From: Camelus dromedarius
Lineage: Eukaryota
Assembly: GCF_036321535.1 (NCBI RefSeq)
Contig: NC_087447.1
Coordinates: 34,598,001-34,662,000, forward strand
DNA length: 64,000 bases
Direction of reading: 5' to 3'
Shown here: in pieces, positions 60,265 through 64,000 of the stretch
How positions within the stretch are numbered: position 1 is the first letter of the stretch
Layout: every line of letters starts with the position of its first letter
The notes under the pieces: model-generated
The model's input: the letters and a program-made list of their open reading frames with translations, nothing else
What the model was told of the DNA's origin: nothing
Database searches by the model: none
Made by a program: the position numbers and the translations under genes

Positions 60265-60740
60265 AACCAGGAATTTGGAGCTGAAAGGGGCCTTAGCATT
60301 AATCCAGGCCACGTCTCTCATTGTCAGGCGGTACCGGTGAAGACCAGAGAGGAAAGTGGTTCGTTCAATGTCACATAGCTCAAATCTGAAACAGTAGATG
60401 AGATAGTGATAAAAAGCATAGGCTCTGGGGTCAGACAAAACACGATGCTCTATCCCTTAATTATTGTGTGACTTTGAGCAAAGTACTTAACTTCCCTGAG
60501 CCTCAGGTCCTTTATTTATAAAATGGAAATGGTAATAGTGCCTGGGATGTACTCAAGGAATATTAGCTTCTAGTATCCTTTTCATCTTCACAAACATGAC
60601 CTTATTTAATCCTCACAATAACCTTACAGGGAGAAAGGGCTGGGATTGCTAGCCCCACCATATAGGTGAGAAAATGGAGGCTCACAGGAGTGAAATGACC
60701 TTTCCAAGACCATACACCCCCCAGGTCCAGTTTCTGACAA
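60265..60740. mobile_element. Three MIR/MIR3 fragments (-, +, -)
   Basis: ttggagctgaaaggggccttag...gtcacatagct; aggctctggggtcagac...tgtgtgactttgagcaaagtacttaacttccctgagcctcag; cttatttaatcctcacaataacc...ggtgagaaaatggaggctca. Confidence 0.85.
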
Positions 60741-61599
60741 TCCTGCTGAAGTACCCGGGAGAGCTTGCTCCCATTCAATGTCCGCCCAGTTGTCTTGACT
60801 TCACCGAAAGATGAATAGGAAGGCCAGGAAGAAGCTTGCTTCTTTGCGTCTGCATGGGAGCAAAATAAGTGTGATTGCCACTCTGAGGACTTCGAATCCT
60901 GCAGGGGCCCTGGGTCTGGCTGGCTGTTCCCTGCCCTGGGGAAGGGAAGAAAGCAGCTGTATCTCTAACCCCACTACTGGATGATGATGGGGGCGTGTGG
61001 GTAGGTGGCGGAGGGGCCGTATGACTTCGGGATTCTACTGCATATTTTAAAGCTGACATCAGAATACTTGTCAGTGCTCCATCAGCCTGCCCTCCTGACC
61101 CCCAAATCTGGCCTTTGGGAAAAATCTAATTGCTTGCTCCAAGTGACATTGGAGCTGTGTGAGTAATAAAGTCACTTTGTGATTATATGCCCTAATGGAA
61201 GGAGGAATGCGTTGAATGAATGCACAAGTGAATGAATGAATGCGCACTAGGGTTATTGACACTCAGCTCTGGAGGGCAATACAGTGATGTCTCCATTAAT
61301 GCATCTTCTGGGAACGCTGTCAGGATGTCAGCCAAGGACAGAGCCACAAGAAAGCTGCAGGGGCTATCTGAAATAAAGACCGAAAATATCAGCTTCTCTG
61401 CACCTCACTGTGGGAGGGTTTCTAGTCCTTAGGACCCGCAAAGATGGACATACAGCTCAGGCAATGGGTGGCTGTACAGAGGAAGCAGAGAAGTCTCTAA
61501 TAGAAGATGGGCTGGAGGTGGGCCATCTTGTTTAACAGAGCCAGTAGAAAACTTTCTGGAAAAGCTTACCACCATGAGCACCACCCATCTCCTTCTCTC

Positions 61600-62000
61600 T
61601 GTTCATTTGCTCATTCATTCATTGCCTGAAGAGGTCTTGGAGACCTGCAATGTGCCAGACACAAGAGCAGAAATACAAAAATGGTAAGACTTGGCCTACA
61701 TCCTTGAAAAGCTCATTGTCAAGTTGGGGAGACAGACAGGGGGACAGCTGTCCATGATGGAGTGTGAGACGTCCACCACAGAGGTCAGCTCCTGCGGCCC
61801 TGCAAGCACAGAGGAGGGGTCACCAGGACAGCCAGGAAGTGGTAATCAGAGGCGGTGACTCTTGATCAAAATCTTCAAAGAGGACAACAGTTAAGCACAA
61901 CTGGTGGGGCTGTTGTTCTTGGCAGAGGGAATAGCACATGCAAATCCTTAGAGGCTGTGAGAAGATCCTGAGAAGTCAGGAAATGACAAATGGTGCTGTA
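61600..62000 (-). mobile_element. L2 3' fragment
   Basis: ttcatttgctcattcattca...aatgtgccagacac...ccttgaaaagctcattgtc...ttcttggcagagggaatagcacatgcaaa. Confidence 0.8.
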
Positions 62001-63484
62001 CAAAATGGACTGAGGGCCTGGGTCTGGTTCTGCCACTCTGGGTGTGACAACTCTGGGCCTTGGTTTCCTTGTCTGCCCAACAATGACTCTGGATTTAAAG
62101 ACCCAGGTATCAAAGGGGAAATCTACCCAGACCTCAGAAACTGGCTCTAGATAGCACTTCATAGAGCACATGAAGTAAAGAGCTGACCCCACTCATTGTT
62201 GGAAGAGTCTAGCAGCTACTAAACTGCAGCTGTAAGAGTCTAGCTAGCTATCTGTGTAATATTTGGGAGGGATGGGATCGGGGAGGGGGTAGCAAAGAGC
62301 TGCCATGTATCGAGTTCTCTCTGTACTCGACAGTCTCACTGCTCCCTTTTCCAAAGGTGGGGGGAAATATCCCTGAAGAGTGCTATTCTCCTCATTTTAT
62401 AGATGAGAAGCCGATAATCAGAGAGGAGAAATGATTTGCATCTGGTCCCATTGGAAGGTCTGGATCCAGGATTTCATCTGGGATCAGTTTCCAGATCCAG
62501 TTCTTCCCAGGACATCCCTCTGCCTCCCATCCACCACTGACGGCTCTGGCAGGCCCAATCCCAGGGACCTGAAGCCTTCCCTCCACTCAAATGCCTGGAT
62601 TCTTGCCCGACTAGGGGCTCCTGGTTCCCCTCCTCTGCAAACTAGTCTCACAGAGAAAGCTGCAAAAGGACTGAGCAGGAAGAGGAGCCCTGGCTCCCCT
62701 ACAAGTGATGGAGGCTGTCACAGCCCTCCCTCCTTCCATCCTCACGGAGGTTCAGATCTAAACGGGCTCCACAGAGGGTGCGTGGGGCGCAGCTGCTGCC
62801 TCTCCACGAGGCCAGCCCCAGGCTCTTAGGAGGCATCCTGACATCATGCCCACGGGTAACCCGATCCCTGATGACTGCTCCCTCCTGCGCCTGTGGGGCC
62901 CATCACTCCAGCACAGGGGCGAGGTCACCCCCCAGGGGAAGGGGCCAGGTGGGGCTCTTTTTAGTGGCTGCTGAAATAAGAGATAATTTTGGCTAGTGAC
63001 ATCTCCCACAGGACTTCCCCATTCCCAGAGCTCTTCCTAATTCTTCCTCTCTGGCTGCTTCTAGAATCAGACCTGCTTTCCCTTCACACTAAAAGAGCAA
63101 GGGTGGCTCTCCCTTTGGGCTTCTGTTCTGTGCTGTACTAGTTGGCCAAGAGCAGGAGTCTTAAAAGCACAAGGTCTGGCTGGGGTGTTTTTACTCTAGG
63201 AAAATAAACACTTGTGAATAAACCCTTTATTTAATCACTGACACATGGACTCTATAAAATGGGTCTAAGAACCAGCCAAACACTAAGTTTACTTAAATGT
63301 AATTCTGATAAAGCAGACAGAAGAGAAAGCACGATATTGGAAGCCTCCTTAAATCCCCTGGGTATTTATGGAGCACTTCTGTGACTTCAGCCCTAGGATC
63401 AACTCTGGAACACCAAACAGGAGACCCAGCCTCCACCCTCTAGCATCTTACACTCGAACTGGGGAACACAGCTCCTGTTAGTAT

Positions 63485-63715
63485 CATGATCACTGTTCCT
63501 GGTCGGCATTTACTGAATAGTTACTGTCTACTGGGTACCTGCTAAATACTCGTATGATCTCATTTGATCCTCCTAAGACAACCAGGATAGAGCAGCTATT
63601 GTTTGCCCCTTTCAACAAAGAAGGGAGCTGAGGCACAGAGAGGTGAAGGGACTACCTGAAAGTCACAGACTGGGGATTGTCATCAGTTGACTCTACAATT
63701 TGTGCTCTCAACCCA
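63485..63715 (-). mobile_element. MIR
   Basis: catttactgaatagttact...atctcatttgatcctc...agctgaggcacagagaggtgaagggactacctgaaagtcacag. Confidence 0.85.
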
Positions 63716-64000
63716 TGTGGGATCCAATGAAATAATGTATCAGGTAGGAAATAAAGTGAGAAAGACAGTTGGAAAAAGTCATAGAAGAAAGAACAAGAGA
63801 GAAGAGACAGGGAAGGTTTCAAGTGGACAGAAACGGGAGATAAATCTTGAAGGGCTGTGAGGGCTGGCTGGTTAGAGACAAGGGGAGATTAAGGTGAAGC
63901 TGGACAGGGTCCATGAGGATAGCCAGTCCAGTCTGACATGGCCCAGGTGCATGTGACTGTCTCTACATCCTCACGTCCATATGCATGCAACTTGGGCTCT

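Noticed and set aside
60265..60740. Inverted MIR pairs as dsRNA or editing substrates (also 4895-5265 and 22670-22910)
   Set aside because: The copies are too diverged and only partly overlapping to form long duplexes.
62459..62500. Hairpin ctggatc...gatccag
   Set aside because: Only about 7 contiguous base pairs, which is chance level.
1..64000. All ORFs in the supplied six-frame track as genes
   Set aside because: None exceeds 165 aa, many start at TTG/GTG, they overlap on both strands, and many lie within MIR/L2/L1/LTR sequence. The only recognisable similarities are the L1 ORF2 relics and the speculative EGF motif.
1..64000. Naming the host gene
   Set aside because: I recognised no exon, and repeat composition alone cannot identify the locus.

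Overview
This is 64 kb of non-coding placental-mammal genomic DNA, either a large intron or an intergenic region. It is most likely from a camelid: four copies of a tRNA-Ala-like SINE match the vic-1 type as I recall it, and I saw no Alu, B1/B2, SINEC, PRE-1 or Bov-tA/CHR SINEs. I found no credible protein-coding exon, RNA gene, CRISPR array or multi-gene system. The only supplied ORFs with recognisable protein similarity are decayed L1 ORF2 remnants, apart from one short, speculative EGF-like motif. The window is dominated by ancient MIR and L2 fragments, with MLT1 LTRs, hAT MITEs (MER5/81/102/113/117-like), old L1M pieces and several younger L1/SINE insertions that still carry target-site duplications (TSDs). 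Between them lie repeat-poor, motif-dense islands that look like enhancers (about 19.8-21.4, 51.3-51.6 and 58.4-60.2 kb). The most unusual observations are a 50/51-bp direct repeat 784 bp apart at an LTR breakpoint, a CpG- and GATA-rich element, a possible decayed EGF-repeat reading frame, a possible L1 3' transduction, a possible RTE-X relic and L2-derived miR-28-like hairpin architectures. Repeat subfamily names come from recalled consensus motifs, not a database search, and old-repeat boundaries are approximate (tens of bp). I cannot identify the host gene or locus and cannot support a novel biological system here.
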